From Entomortierella parvispora E1425 (lineage: Eukaryota; Fungi; Mortierellomycota): 64,000 bases of DNA. The notes beneath the pieces were generated by a model that had not been told where the DNA came from, made no database searches, and saw only the letters and a list, made by a program, of their open reading frames with translations. The position numbers were made by a program, and so were the translations under genes. Each line of letters starts with the position of its first letter. The stretch's first letter is position 1. Positions 11,720-24,014 of the stretch are shown here, in pieces. The stretch covers positions 1,674,001-1,738,000 of the forward strand of contig BQFW01000002.1 in NCBI GenBank assembly GCA_020891255.1. The letters are read 5' to 3'.

Positions 11720-14700
11720 ATGGCTCGCAATGAAGCCCACGAGCCTCGCAACCGCTCCAACAGTCTCTCGGCCGCTTGGTCATATCTCTGGCGTGGTTCT
11801 GGCTCAAAACAGCCCTCTTCCCATCCTCAGTCACCCAGTTCATTGAGTGGGTCTTCCCCCCGATCAACTACAGGTCGCCACCAGACCATAGCGGAGGAGG
11901 ATGACGATGAAGAGGATCGTGCCCTTGGCAAAGGGATCACACGAAAGGTCTTGCCTCAGCAACGGCGATCGACCTCCAGCGTCCATTCCAGTCCTGTGTG
12001 TAGCTCAAGAACATCCCCAAGAGCCGAATCAAGGCGGGCCTCGGCTACAATCACGACGACCTCCTCCCCTTCGCTCCCACGACAACAACAACATCAGCAA
12101 CAACAGCAACCACATCATCAGCACTCGGCTCTAGAGAGGATAGCAATTCACAATGGCAACATCAACAACGCGCTTGCCTCCACCTTGCATCACTCGTCGC
12201 TGCCGCCTCTGAAAGACATGCAGGGCCGTTTCTTATCAGAGGAAGAAATGGCGTTTGCAACTGAAAGTCGCTCTCAAAATCAACAACGCCAACCCACACA
12301 CTCACACAGACAACAGCAACACCTTCCCAGGCAAAACCAATCCTCGACCGACTCATCTGGACACAATCCTCGGTTGAACGGCAGTGTCGGAGAATACTTT
12401 GACCAGGACCGGTCAAAGTCCAGATCCTCTACCACAGCATCATCGACGACGGACAAACATCGATTGGTCGACCAAGGCAACGGTAGCAGCGGTGGCGAAG
12501 GTGCAGACGACTCGACAGAAATAACGACCCCGCGAACGGACGGCTCCACTGCAGGCACGGCCCAATCTTCATCTTCTCCCGCGTCTGCCTCGAGCTCCTC
12601 TGCATTCTCTGCTTCATGTCCTTCCCCTGCTTCAGGTACAGTTTTGGAAAGAAATCGTTAGAGAGTTAGAGAGAAAGAGAGAGAAACGAATTGCGCCCTG
12701 TGTTGCAATCGACAATCCCTCCATCCGCAATGCAGTCTTTGTCATACAGTTAAAATGCGCATATCCCCCCCTACTCCAAATCGCCCTGTTTGGACCTCTC
12801 GTTTTCACAACAACGAGAGTCTGGTAGACTCAATGTTGAAAAGACACAGAAACGCCAGCCATCAGACAGCTGAATCCTCTGTCTGCGCCATTGCCCAACC
12901 ACACACCACTGATGTTGAACACAAACCAGAAAACAAACGAACGCGGGCTGCCCCCTCATCCAGCAAAGTCCACAGTTAATTGGCCGATATCGGTTTATCT
13001 TCTTCCCCTCACTGTTTTCACCAGAGGTCGCTCGTCCGTGGCCATGTGTGCCTGACCTAAACAATTGTTTCGTACCACCCCCAGTTCTGTCCTGCAAGCT
13101 AACGAGTCTTTTTTCCACCCTCTTTCTTTTTTTGGGCTATGTCCACCACCCAAACTTTCTTCGGTCGAACTTAGACAATGACGGCTCACGTTACAAGCCC
13201 ACGCAATTGAACTGGCCTATCGTTCAAGGACCGTCGCTGCCAACAACTCCAGCCGTCGGCTTAGGACTCAATGGTCTAGACGGGCCGCACGAGCCCAACG
13301 AGCTCTTTGCTCAGTTGATCTCGCCTATATCGGCACCCTCTTATTTTGACATTACTCCATCTTCGTCGTCAAAAGTCTTGTCCCAAAGCAACACTGTACC
13401 CAAGAAAGCATTGTCTACCGCATCCGCCTACACCACAAAGACTCCTGGACGCCGATCGAAAAGGACGCCTGCCCAAAGCATTTCCAGTACCATCACCGCA
13501 GGTTCGACTACACGCGGTGCCAACACTGCAACCGATGCGGCCAGTCAAAACTCGGCATCGTACCTGGATGAGCAAGATGTGGAGCTTGACGAGAACTCTT
13601 TTTACGTGCATCTTCAAAGAATGCAGGAGCGGCACCAAGTCCAACAAGAACCTGGTTGGCTAAGAAGTCAGCACTCCCTGCTTCAAGCAAAGCACAAAGT
13701 GCCTGGAGCAGGACATGATCATGGCGGCCGAAAGTCAGGGGCTGGTTCCCCTTTTCTTATAAATAATAGAAGCACGATGAACAACAGTCCTAGTGGAAGC
13801 GACTACAGCTCATCGCCTTCGTTTCTTCCCAGTTTGGGCCGTCATGGAGTGTCTGGTTCAGCATCTCCAGTCCACAACACTGCCTCAGGGCACAATCATA
13901 ACCGACATCAACCGATCCTGGCGTTTAATTGTTTCCAGCCTGGAAATGTTATTTGCGTTCCAAGGGAGCGAAGCTTGGGTGGACTGATATTTCACAAGAC
14001 TTTTGTTGGTAAGAAAACCCCCCCCCTTGGTTGTGATGAAGGTGAATAACAGTGTTATTGACAATCTTATTCTGCTCACCCCATCCCCCATAGACACTCA
14101 TATCTTGACACCCTCGCCCTACTTCCGCGGTCAATTCCTGACTCTGGATCATAAAGTGGTTGAAATTGATAAATCATTTGTCAGAGAGATATCAGGTAAT
14201 ATGAGGAGCGAGCGCAAAACATGACAAATATCTCGTGGTGTACATGTCCTTACTTTTCTTTATTCAATTGATCAGGATTCGCTCACCCTCGATCTGTTCA
14301 GATTCTCTCGGAAGAGACAGTTTACAATGGCTCTTCTCAAAAACCAACTCGAGTGTTGATTCTGGACAAACCCCTAGAAGGTGACGGTGTTGTCCAAACG
14401 CGTCCCTTGGACGGGCCCATCATGCCTGCAGTCCGAGGCTTTGCCAGGTAGGTGTCTGAGTTGCACGACAAGTTTTCTTTTTTTTTTTTTAATTATAGAA
14501 AACCACGGTTTACTAAGCGACATGCTCCTTCTCTCACAGCGACCTGGCCTTCTTGGAGGCTTTTCCAGAACTCAGCAGAGCACTACGAGACTTTAATCAC
14601 CTGTGTCAGGAGTTCGAGAACACGTATGTCTATATCCGCGGCTTTTCCGCATATACCCTTGACAAACTTCGACTCATTTACGAAAAGGCCTACCGGGACT

Positions 14701-17700
14701 GCCTGGGCGACTCTGTAAAGCTCCAGAAGATGATTTTGAAAGGAGTTCAAGCGGAACAAGATTGTTTTGCAGAGCTCATGGAAAAGTAAGTGTCATCGAG
14801 GATTGATTGCGCGCTATGATTATGCTAAACTGCAATTAACTCCAAATGACCAATGATAATTGTGCCAACTAGTGTCGTGTTGGGGAAACTGTACCAAAAG
14901 CTCTTTATACATTCCTTGGTGCCCTGTTACGCCCAACGCGATGTGGAAGTGAACGACATCATTCTTCGATACCACCAATATCTGTTTGGCAATGGATACC
15001 ATCGTGGCATGGAAGTTGACCGTTGCTTGGCGTCCAGCGATAACAGCCCTTTGCTCCAAGAGACCCTCAAGAAACTGGGGTTGTCAGAGAAATTGCGGAC
15101 CCTGCGTTTCGACTTGGCAACCGAAGGAATCGCAGCAATGTTTCGAGCGTGGGATCAGGACTTTCAAACCCCGGCTCTCTCTTCTCTGAAGTCTAGCGCC
15201 AGCGCGTTAACCACAGAGACTGAGCAGGAAAGAAAGCGAAGGCAGCTGAGAGAATCTCTGCGCGTCTTTGTAAAGGACCATCATTCATCCAAAGGTGTAA
15301 GCTCGGCAAGGTCATCTTCAAATGTGGCAACTGCTCCTGCGGTGAAGGACGATAGTGAAGATGAGGACGAATCTGGCCCTGAAGTGTGGAATACCCCACT
15401 TGAAAAAGTATATTGTATCAAGCAGGCTCTTGATATGATATCGAATGTGGCTGAAGATCACCTTGTGAATGGTCAGACCGCTGGATTTGTACAAAAGAGG
15501 CGGCCAGGTAAGACGACGAATGCAAAAGCAGATGAGGCCAAAATAACTAGCTTGTGGTGTAGTAAACTGATCTAGAACCCCTTTTCTTGCAGATGTCTCT
15601 GTGACGACGGATGACTTTATCCCATTGCTGGCCATCGTCATTATTCAGGCACGCCTGATGCGGATTGGTAGTAACATTTTTTACCTCCAAAGATTCCGCA
15701 TCAACTCTCCCAAGTCGGACATGGAGTAAGAATCGAGAAAACATGGCCAAGATACCATGATGCCGAGGAGGGACTACGTTCTGCGCCATCCCCATCTAAC
15801 TAATTTTTGTGTTTTAATGATAGTTTTGCTTTGGTGACATTCGAAGCATCTGTCGAGTTCCTAAAGACCGACCCTTTGACTTTGTTGAACCAAGATCGAG
15901 GCCAGGGAGTGGCTACGATACATGTGCCTGAAACGACAATGGCACCTCATAACAATTTGCGCAAGAGCATCGATATCGACAACAAAAGAAACTCCGAAGA
16001 AGTTCAGATCATGCCATGGGGCACTCCTTCCCATACCGGCTGGGGGTTCTCGCCTCCAAAGAACATGGGTAGCTGTACGACACCCTCTTTTGGTTTGGTG
16101 GCGTCGACCCCGGAGTCGGAAGATCCCCCGACTTTGACAGAGCCTCCTGTGACTGAATCCTCACAACAACTAACTCGCCCACCCTTGGCGACCCGTCACC
16201 ACAGCGACATTGTGCAACAGCAGTACCAGCAGCGACACGCGCGTTCGACTTCGATGAACTTTGACGATCGGTACCGGCGCGTCGCGTTGGATGAAGAGGT
16301 GCAAAGCAATTTTGGCGATGGTGGAAACGGAAGTTGGTCTAGAAGCCCTCATATTGGACCAAGGTTTGTTTCAGGAACGAGCTCACCGCTGGCCCCAACG
16401 TCGCCTAATGGATCCAGCTCAAATGAGCTGCCGCCGAGCGGATATGTACGCAGGACATCTCAGCAGTTGCAGCAAGCTCCACAATTGCCGCATCCAGTCC
16501 CTCAAAGGCACTCGGTCTCCAGTGGACAGTCTCCGATGTATATTCAGCACGCTCATCACAGTCAGCAGCACCTCCACAGGATATCGCTTGAGCAAGGACG
16601 AGAGACCATGGGTCGACCTACCATCTTGCCACTTCAGTCTCCAAATCTGACCCCACAACTGGTTGTAAAGCCCCAGATCATGTTGCCGCCACCAAAAACG
16701 CCCCCAATGAGTGGTCAAAATACCTCCTCGACCTCGCTGTCGTCAAGTGCTCGAGCTCGTCCCATGTCCTTGATTGTCGCTGGCGCACTGGCCTCTTCTG
16801 GCTATTCAAGCTCCTACACAGGTCCTGGAGGCAGTAGTCAGTTTTACAGCGGCGGTGGTAGTGGCAGCGGAAGTGGACAGCGCTCACGAACGACGTTCAG
16901 TGGCTCTTCCAATCATTCCAGTCCTGCAACGAGTCCTAGACTTGGCCCTGGGATGACTAGTCGATCAAGCAATAGCTCACGATCCAACAGTCTGATGTCA
17001 ACACCGTTCCCAATGCTGCGTGCCAATTCTATGACTACAGTATTGCTGAACAGTCCAGGAGGCGCTTCAGGATCAGGAATGGCAAACGGTCGAGGAGCTG
17101 GCAGCTCTATGAGAGGCGAAAAAAGTGAACCGGGATCGCCAGTGTTGCTAGAGTCGTCTTGGGGCACTCGATCCTTGACAGCCCTCCCTTCGCACGCTAC
17201 AGCCTTCTCCACATCTCCCTCTCAAGTGAGTGAATCGCCTCAACTGATACCAGCCTCAACATCGACTGCTGCAACGGCAAACGATGGGGTCCCTCAAACA
17301 CCTGAGGCTAGCATCAAAAAACGTGTGAGCAGACGTGGTCTGAACTCTCCTGGCCGCATTCGGACTTCTCCGTCCTCCACAACGACTTCGTCCATCTCAA
17401 CGCCAACCACGCCATCGACATTTTCACCATCAAACTCCAACGCTCTTTTGGAATCACTGACAACAAGCGCGCAGCTTGCTAGCCCACCTCAGTCGGCCGG
17501 AGCCACAGGACGCTCTAGAAGCAAATCTGTGCATGTTTCCAACTCGGAGGCAGCTGCCCCGCTCTCTCCTTCTTCGTCTGCATCATCGAGCGCTGAAGGA
17601 AGTGTCCGGTCCTTGACCAAGGGCAGTGCGAGTCGCCAAAGCTCAATTCGGTTGTCGTTGCCAAAGCTCGCTCTCTCACCCTCGGCTCCGTCAACGGCGT

Positions 17701-19406
17701 TTTGCAAGACCACCGTGACGGCAGAGGCTACTAGAAATCATGCCACCATCACCACGACCACAGTGACGGAGGCAACCCAGGAAGAAGAGGACGATACCAG
17801 TGAAGAGGACAAGTCTGAAGTGAGAAGCGAGGACGATGCGGGACAGACCCTTACTGGATTAAGCAGGGACCTGTTTATGACTGGAAATTCTACACCTACC
17901 TCACCTACGGCTCGAAATTTGCCAGCCATCGCCAACCTGGCTCGATCATCTAGCTCCCATACCAGAGCGCGGTCACCGGCGATCTCAATGGCAAACGTCC
18001 CTTTCGTGTTCAATGACCTCGGGAAAGAGTCCAATAGCGGATCCAACCCATCGACACCAAGGCCTCAGAGTACAGAATCATCGCCTGCGATGTCACCTGT
18101 CCTGAGTCGCACCCGGTCAGCCACGACGCAGGTTCAGGTCGCAACATTGGACGAATCTTCGACTGCAAAGACTGTTGTTGTGAGTGACGAGGAAGCTCCG
18201 CCCGTTCAGCTCCAAGGACCCAAGAGGACCGCTGTGCCCATAGTGAGAATCCCTCCGGTCCAAGTGCAGTTGCCGCGACAACAATCCTACGAGCTGTCAT
18301 CTAGCTGGAGATCATCTGCGCTCAAAAGTCAACCGGGCCAATCCTCCTCGTATTCCTCATTGAACGGCACCCCTTCGCCCTCGTTCTCTCAACAACATTT
18401 CCAATTCGTGGCGAGACAGTCTGCACCCGAGATCATCTCGCTGGCCAGCCCGTTGACGGGCAGTATCGTGACCACTCGAACAGGATCCCCTGCTGATGGA
18501 CGACGACCCATGGCGACAACGACGACTGGCCCAACACTGGTCGGTAGCGGTAGTTATACGACATCCTCATTGTTAGACCAGCGTCATCATTTGAGAAGTG
18601 CGAGCAGCAGCAGCAGCAGTGCTATGAGTCTCAATAGTCCGAGCATGATCAACAATGGCGCCAGCCTTCATGTTGCCAGTGGCAGTGGCAGCAATCTCAA
18701 CTACGGTTTCAACCGTCGATCCTTGGATGGACCCAGACCCAACTCAAGTCTTGGTAGCTATGGCGTTTCCAGCGGAACTCTGTCTTGTTCAATCTCGACC
18801 ATGTCCAGTTTGGATCAACAGCATCCCCTCTACCAGTATCACCCAGCCGGGTCAGTACAGTCCAACAGCAGCAGCAGACAAACCTCGCCAATGTTTAACA
18901 GCAGTGGCTCTAGCGCTACCCCTCGCCAGCAGCCTTCGCTGTCGTCACACCCGGGACAGCAGCATCTTTACCAGCACCATCAGCGCCAGCACTCGGCTTC
19001 TTCGAACTTAGTGTCATCCGCCTCATCGTCGTCGTCAGGCTCCGCTGACGGCCAAGGCTGGACTAGCTCTCCTGCGAGGGGCCTTGGTATCCGGACAGGA
19101 GCCGCGCCTACAGCAGTAGACCCTTCTTCTGTGGCTCGACCTACTATTAGCACCGCCTTATCGGAGGTTTTAGTATGCTCTAAAGAAGAAATCAAGGAAG
19201 CTGCTGAACAAGACAGCGATGATGAACCTGACGCTGAAGCCAGACAGCAATTGAAGCCTCGGGACATGACTCTTGGGGCACCGGCAGCCTTTCATATCAA
19301 GATGGACAGTGGAAAGTATGTAAGCCAACTTCCACAAGAGCAACAAGAACGGCAGCCCCTGCATCGTGCACACAGCGCGGCCGCCGTTGGCCTCGGCGTT
19401 GAGTGA
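11720..19406 (+). CDS. VPS9-domain protein (Rab5-type GEF) with very long Ser-rich disordered N- and C-terminal regions
   Basis: Spliced VPS9 core near 15400-15870: KVYCIKQALDMI, TTDDFIPLLAIVIIQARL, SNIFYLQRF, FALVTFEASVEFL. Joining of the 11720-12636 exon is plausible but uncertain. Confidence 0.78.
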
Positions 19407-19871
19407 TTGTTGCCGTAGAAGCGGTTGCACTTTCTGATCAATAAAATAGAAAGAAAAAAATGTAGAGAAAAAAAATGTTGTAATCGTGTAGTTGTCATGC
19501 AGGTAAAATGGATGAACAAGAAGTCCCGGTAAGAGAATAAGAGAAGAGAAGGAAGAGGGGGAGTACAACCAAGTCGATAGCACAAGACACAAAAAAAGCG
19601 TCGAACCGCTCCCTTTTCCATCACCACTGGCATCCAGGCACAACTGACCACGGGAACCATCGCTTTGTTTGGATTGGTTTTTGGGTTCAATACGACTGGA
19701 GCGCCACTTGCGCACGTTGGCGATACCTTTTTTGTTTGCCTCCTCCTTTCTTTCGCTCTCACCTTTCTTCTCCCTTTCCTCCTCTCTGTTGGATACCGCC
19801 TTTTTTCCCTCTCCCTTCTCAAATCTCTTGTTTGGTTAGACCCCTGCCAATTGATCCTCAGACAACAGACA

Positions 19872-21194
19872 ATGTTTACTTTCGCGACACGGTCTAATAA
19901 CGGCAGCCACAACAATGCCCCAACGACCACCGTATCCAAGTCGCTCACGTTCACGGCTTATTCTCTCACCAGCGCAGTCATGATGGGTTCCTCAGTTGGG
20001 CTGGTGATCCTTCAGAACCACCAACTGTTGTTCCTGAACGGCCTTTTGACCTTCTCCTTCAGCTCGGCCCCATCGACATCAGAGCACTCCCTGTCGACAA
20101 CAACGACAGCGGCCACAACGTCGGCAACAGAGGCCATTGCGACGGCTTTTATGGCGGGATTCTGGCGCTTTGCAACTTTTACAGTGTCGGCGTGGATCCC
20201 CCTCTTGGTCTGGTTTCTGTCTCTCCTAATCAGCGCACTCTGGACCCATCAGTATTTCGCTCGGTCATCGCCAAAGGCATCCTCCGACTCCTCTTCTTCT
20301 TTGCTAAAAACAGGACGAAAAGTCGCGGCGGGGGGAAAGAGTCAAAAGGCGTTCACTCCCAGAATGGTCATCTTGGCCAGCCACATCCTATTCTCGTTCT
20401 TTTGGGTCATTCTCGCGGCAGTGCAAGAGGTTGAGGAGCAAAGGATGAGGACCAGCGCCAGGGGAGGTCGAACCCAAATGCAGACACCTTCTCAGGAGCA
20501 ACACCATTCAACCTATCGCCCATACGTTCCACAAACTCCATCAACATCAACAACAACGACAATGATGCTGTCGCCTGAAGAGCAGCAGGCTCTCACTTTG
20601 GCCAATGCGATCGACGGATCAATGATCGTGTATCCATTGTGCATCGTTTGGCTCTCGGCAGTGGTGCTGTTGGGCATGGCCACGGGATTGATGGTCTCCA
20701 GCAGTGCTGTTCTCGAGCATCAAGCAGCATGCATGGACGACTCTGCCAACCCAGTGGGCGCAATTTCGAACACAGCAGAGCAACACCAGCATGACGAGAA
20801 GGAAGCGTCTGAGAAGACTCGGGACGGAGAAGAGTTGTCCTCCCCTGCATCGGAATCCACCACCACCACCACAACCACAACGACCAATACCAGTTTGGTA
20901 CCCTTAGTCGGCCTAGCGCGTTTCTCTTGGGCTCAACGAGCAAGTCTGTTTCTGTTGCTTCAGCTTCTATTTTCAATCCTGATGCCATTCTATCAGTGGA
21001 TGCTCAGTCTGGACAGGGCCGCTCCATCTTCATTACCCTCGAATTCATTCACGGCTTCTTGGCTTTCCACCTCGTCCTGTATGATCCTGTTTGGCTCTTT
21101 CTTGGGGATGCTGATGGTCGCTTTGGGAAGACGCTTCATCCCCGCAAATCCTCCCACCATGCCACTCTTTTGTCTTGCTCATCGTCATCTTTGA
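19872..21194 (+). CDS. Hypothetical multi-pass membrane protein with Ser/Thr-rich loops (single exon)
   Basis: Uninterrupted ORF; likely start MFTFATR at 19872. About 6-8 hydrophobic segments. No recognised family. Confidence 0.7.
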   Translation: MFTFATRSNNGSHNNAPTTTVSKSLTFTAYSLTSAVMMGSSVGLVILQNHQLLFLNGLLTFSFSSAPSTSEHSLSTTTTAATTSATEAIATAFMAGFWRFATFTVSAWIPLLVWFLSLLISALWTHQYFARSSPKASSDSSSSLLKTGRKVAAGGKSQKAFTPRMVILASHILFSFFWVILAAVQEVEEQRMRTSARGGRTQMQTPSQEQHHSTYRPYVPQTPSTSTTTTMMLSPEEQQALTLANAIDGSMIVYPLCIVWLSAVVLLGMATGLMVSSSAVLEHQAACMDDSANPVGAISNTAEQHQHDEKEASEKTRDGEELSSPASESTTTTTTTTTNTSLVPLVGLARFSWAQRASLFLLLQLLFSILMPFYQWMLSLDRAAPSSLPSNSFTASWLSTSSCMILFGSFLGMLMVALGRRFIPANPPTMPLFCLAHRHL

Positions 21195-21523
21195 GAGCTC
21201 CCAATGCCGTTCTTTGCTCTGCAGAACGGCGCCCAGCCCTTTTTTTTAGTGTCAAACATACCCCCCCTCACCTCATTGTACTTTTAGATACTCTCCAAAT
21301 ATAAAAAACCCATTGACCCATTGAATTTTACGCCCAGACATCTCGACAAGGTTGTACTTGTACGCACACATCCTGCACGTAGTCTTTAAATTCTGCATAT
21401 TTTGTTTTTACTGGTACACCTCTTGCTTGTCTATGAATGGATGTTCGGGGGATGTGGGATGATGGGTGAGAGAGGAGCTTTCTGTTTCCTGACTAGCATC
21501 TCGGTACAAAGGCTCAGTCCTGT

Positions 21524-22773
21524 CTAGTATGTGTAAATGTGCTTGGTAACAAATTCTCTTGCTGCCTTGGATCCCTTGTCATGGTACACAGCTCCCACAA
21601 TAGCCTCCATTGTTTGCGCCAAAACAGTGGCCTCTCCGGAAGCAGCCTAAAATGAAAAAAGTAAAGTAGGTTGTTCTTTTTTGATTAGCTTTTGAAAGGA
21701 AGGAAAAGGCGTGTCTTTTAAACAAAGCCGCCAGAGATTGTCAATTGCTCAAGAGAATGGAAAACATACCGAAGAGTTGGGCTTCCAGCGCATGACCTCG
21801 TTGATACCCATTGACTTTGCGACCTTGGCCAACTTTTCGGATCCAAGCGAATGTGAGATGTTGGCCTTCAAGGTCTTGTTGGACTTTACTCTATCCCAGT
21901 TCTTCTCAGCGACGTGCATCTCCAAAAACTGGCGTCCTAGAGTGATGGAGCATCCAAGAATCAGAGAGACGATGTGAGTAAAACTTCTTTGTATGGCATG
22001 GTGCATTCCCATAAAGAAAAGAAAAAAGTCCGTGATCCATCCTGCTTCATTTTCCGCTTCCTCGTTGTCCATTTAATCTTGAAAGTTTGCGAAAGACATC
22101 TGGATCCAAAACAGCCGATCAGGGGTTCATTATCCCTTGCTCCAATCCTGCCCATGTATCCTCCTTGCTGTTTCGTCTTCCTTACCCAAGTAGCTAAGCT
22201 TCTCGTTCGTGGGGAGAGATCCATGAGCGAATGATTTGTGAGTAACGGCCTGAGTCATGAGATTTGAGTCTGACAAGCCGAATCCAAGACGCTCGTAGAC
22301 TTGTGCGATCTTTTGAGCATCCTGGTTAGAGTTTTTTGTGGAGAGGAAGGCGCGGGACTCGTAGTTGATGCCTAATAAAGAGTCGTTGCCCATTGACATA
22401 AAAGAAACGAGAAGATCTCGTTAGTGCCCAGATCAAGACGAGTGCTGTTCAATAGATATCCTGAATCTGATATGCTAAAGTGCAACCGTCGTCTATTTCG
22501 AGGAGATCATGTCCTCTGAGCTCCCGGCTTTGAATTGTGATAGAACATGGAGACTCCTGTATCCGTTTGGCACCCTGGCTTTATCCCTCCTGTCTTCTCC
22601 TGCAGTCCCCTTGAAGGATGCGATCACTTCGAAGCTCCTTTCTCATTGCTGCCGAGATTCTCCATGGTTCCTGTCCTGTTCTGAATCCTGCCAAGGGTCA
22701 ATCAAGAATATTTACATCGAGTAATGTTGGTGGTTGCCAAGCGGGCGGGCTTGAGTACTGTGAGTCTAAGCAT
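21524..22773 (-). CDS. MRPL15: RNase III-like mitochondrial large ribosomal subunit protein (mL57/MRPL15-like)
   Basis: Four exons: presequence-like MLRLTVLKPARLATTNITR, then QAVTHKSFAHGSLPTNEKLSYLG, then RQFLEM...KSMGINEVMRWKP, then QTMEAIVGAVYHDKGSKAAREFV. This is a degenerate RNase III fold. Confidence 0.8.
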
Positions 22774-24014
22774 GGCGATGTATATGAGGGAGAGGTTGAT
22801 GACAAGAATGAATGAAATGCATGGCCTCATGTGGTGCCTTGAGTTGCCCTGCTTGCTTCGGAGGCAGGGACAGCCAAGCCACCGTGTTTATGTGAGAGGA
22901 AATCCCAATAAATTAATCAAGATGATTTAATACGAGGATAAAAGGTCTGATAATTTTTAATTTGTCTGGTTTTTTTGGGGTCCACTCCAGCCCACAAAGG
23001 TTCACTTTCTGGAGAAGTCTAGTTCAATGGCCCAATGGTGATACATAGCCGATGCTTACGATGTAGGAGGGCTGAGGGGCTTTTTCGTGCATGAAAAATT
23101 GACGGGAGAGGGATATTTTCTTCCCAATCGCCAGTTCAATTGCACCGCCTCGCACGAAAAGATGGAGCTAGCGCGAAATCTCGAGACCATGTTTCTCACC
23201 AGTTCTGCTCAAGGAAGAAGCAGGCAGTTGAGAATTGGAAAGGATGACTGAAGGATGCCATCACACCCTGGCTGGCCATCTGGGGTTTCTCTGGAGGTTT
23301 TGTGTGACCAGGAGCAGAAGTAAGCGCAAGTTGAGCAGAAAGAGGAAGAGGGATCTGAGCCCAATGCCACTTCCAGAGTCGACTTTATCAAACTGGGTAA
23401 ATTGCTAGCAACCCCCGCCAGAGTCGTGTCCTGACCGCGCGCTCTCTGCTCCCGAACGTTACAGCGTCTGAATGTCTTCCTGTCATTTTTTTTCCACCTC
23501 TTTTTCTTCTTTCTCTACACTTCTCCGCATCCTTTTTCTCAGCCTTGTCCTTCTCAATATCCATTGGCGACAGCTTTGTTGTTTTGCGCAGGCCTATTGA
23601 CACTTGCTGCCTCAACAGCCACGGAGCCTCCTCCCTATTGTTCCTGGCCAACATTCTGCAAGGACCTGAGATTTTTCGTGCCTTCTCGGTATTCGTGTCC
23701 ACTATTTTTTACGGACGAACCATCGCCCCGAAAACAGAGAGCTCTGAGCGCGTGGACCTGGACCGCGGCTTTAATTGTTTGTCCTCAGCTTCTTTCGTAT
23801 CTTCTTTTCTCTCAACTTGTCTGTCTTCTCTCTCTCTCTCCTTCTCTTTCTCTTCTCTTCCCTCACCTTCACTTCCCCTTTTCCTTTTTGATCCAAAAAC
23901 AGGACCATCTCTTTCCCTGGTACCCCTCTTCCTCTCTTACTCCCTGACTGTTTTCTTCTTGCCCCGCACCACAACCCCATCGTTGACCAAACCTGCAGTC
24001 CCACTCCTTTTAAA

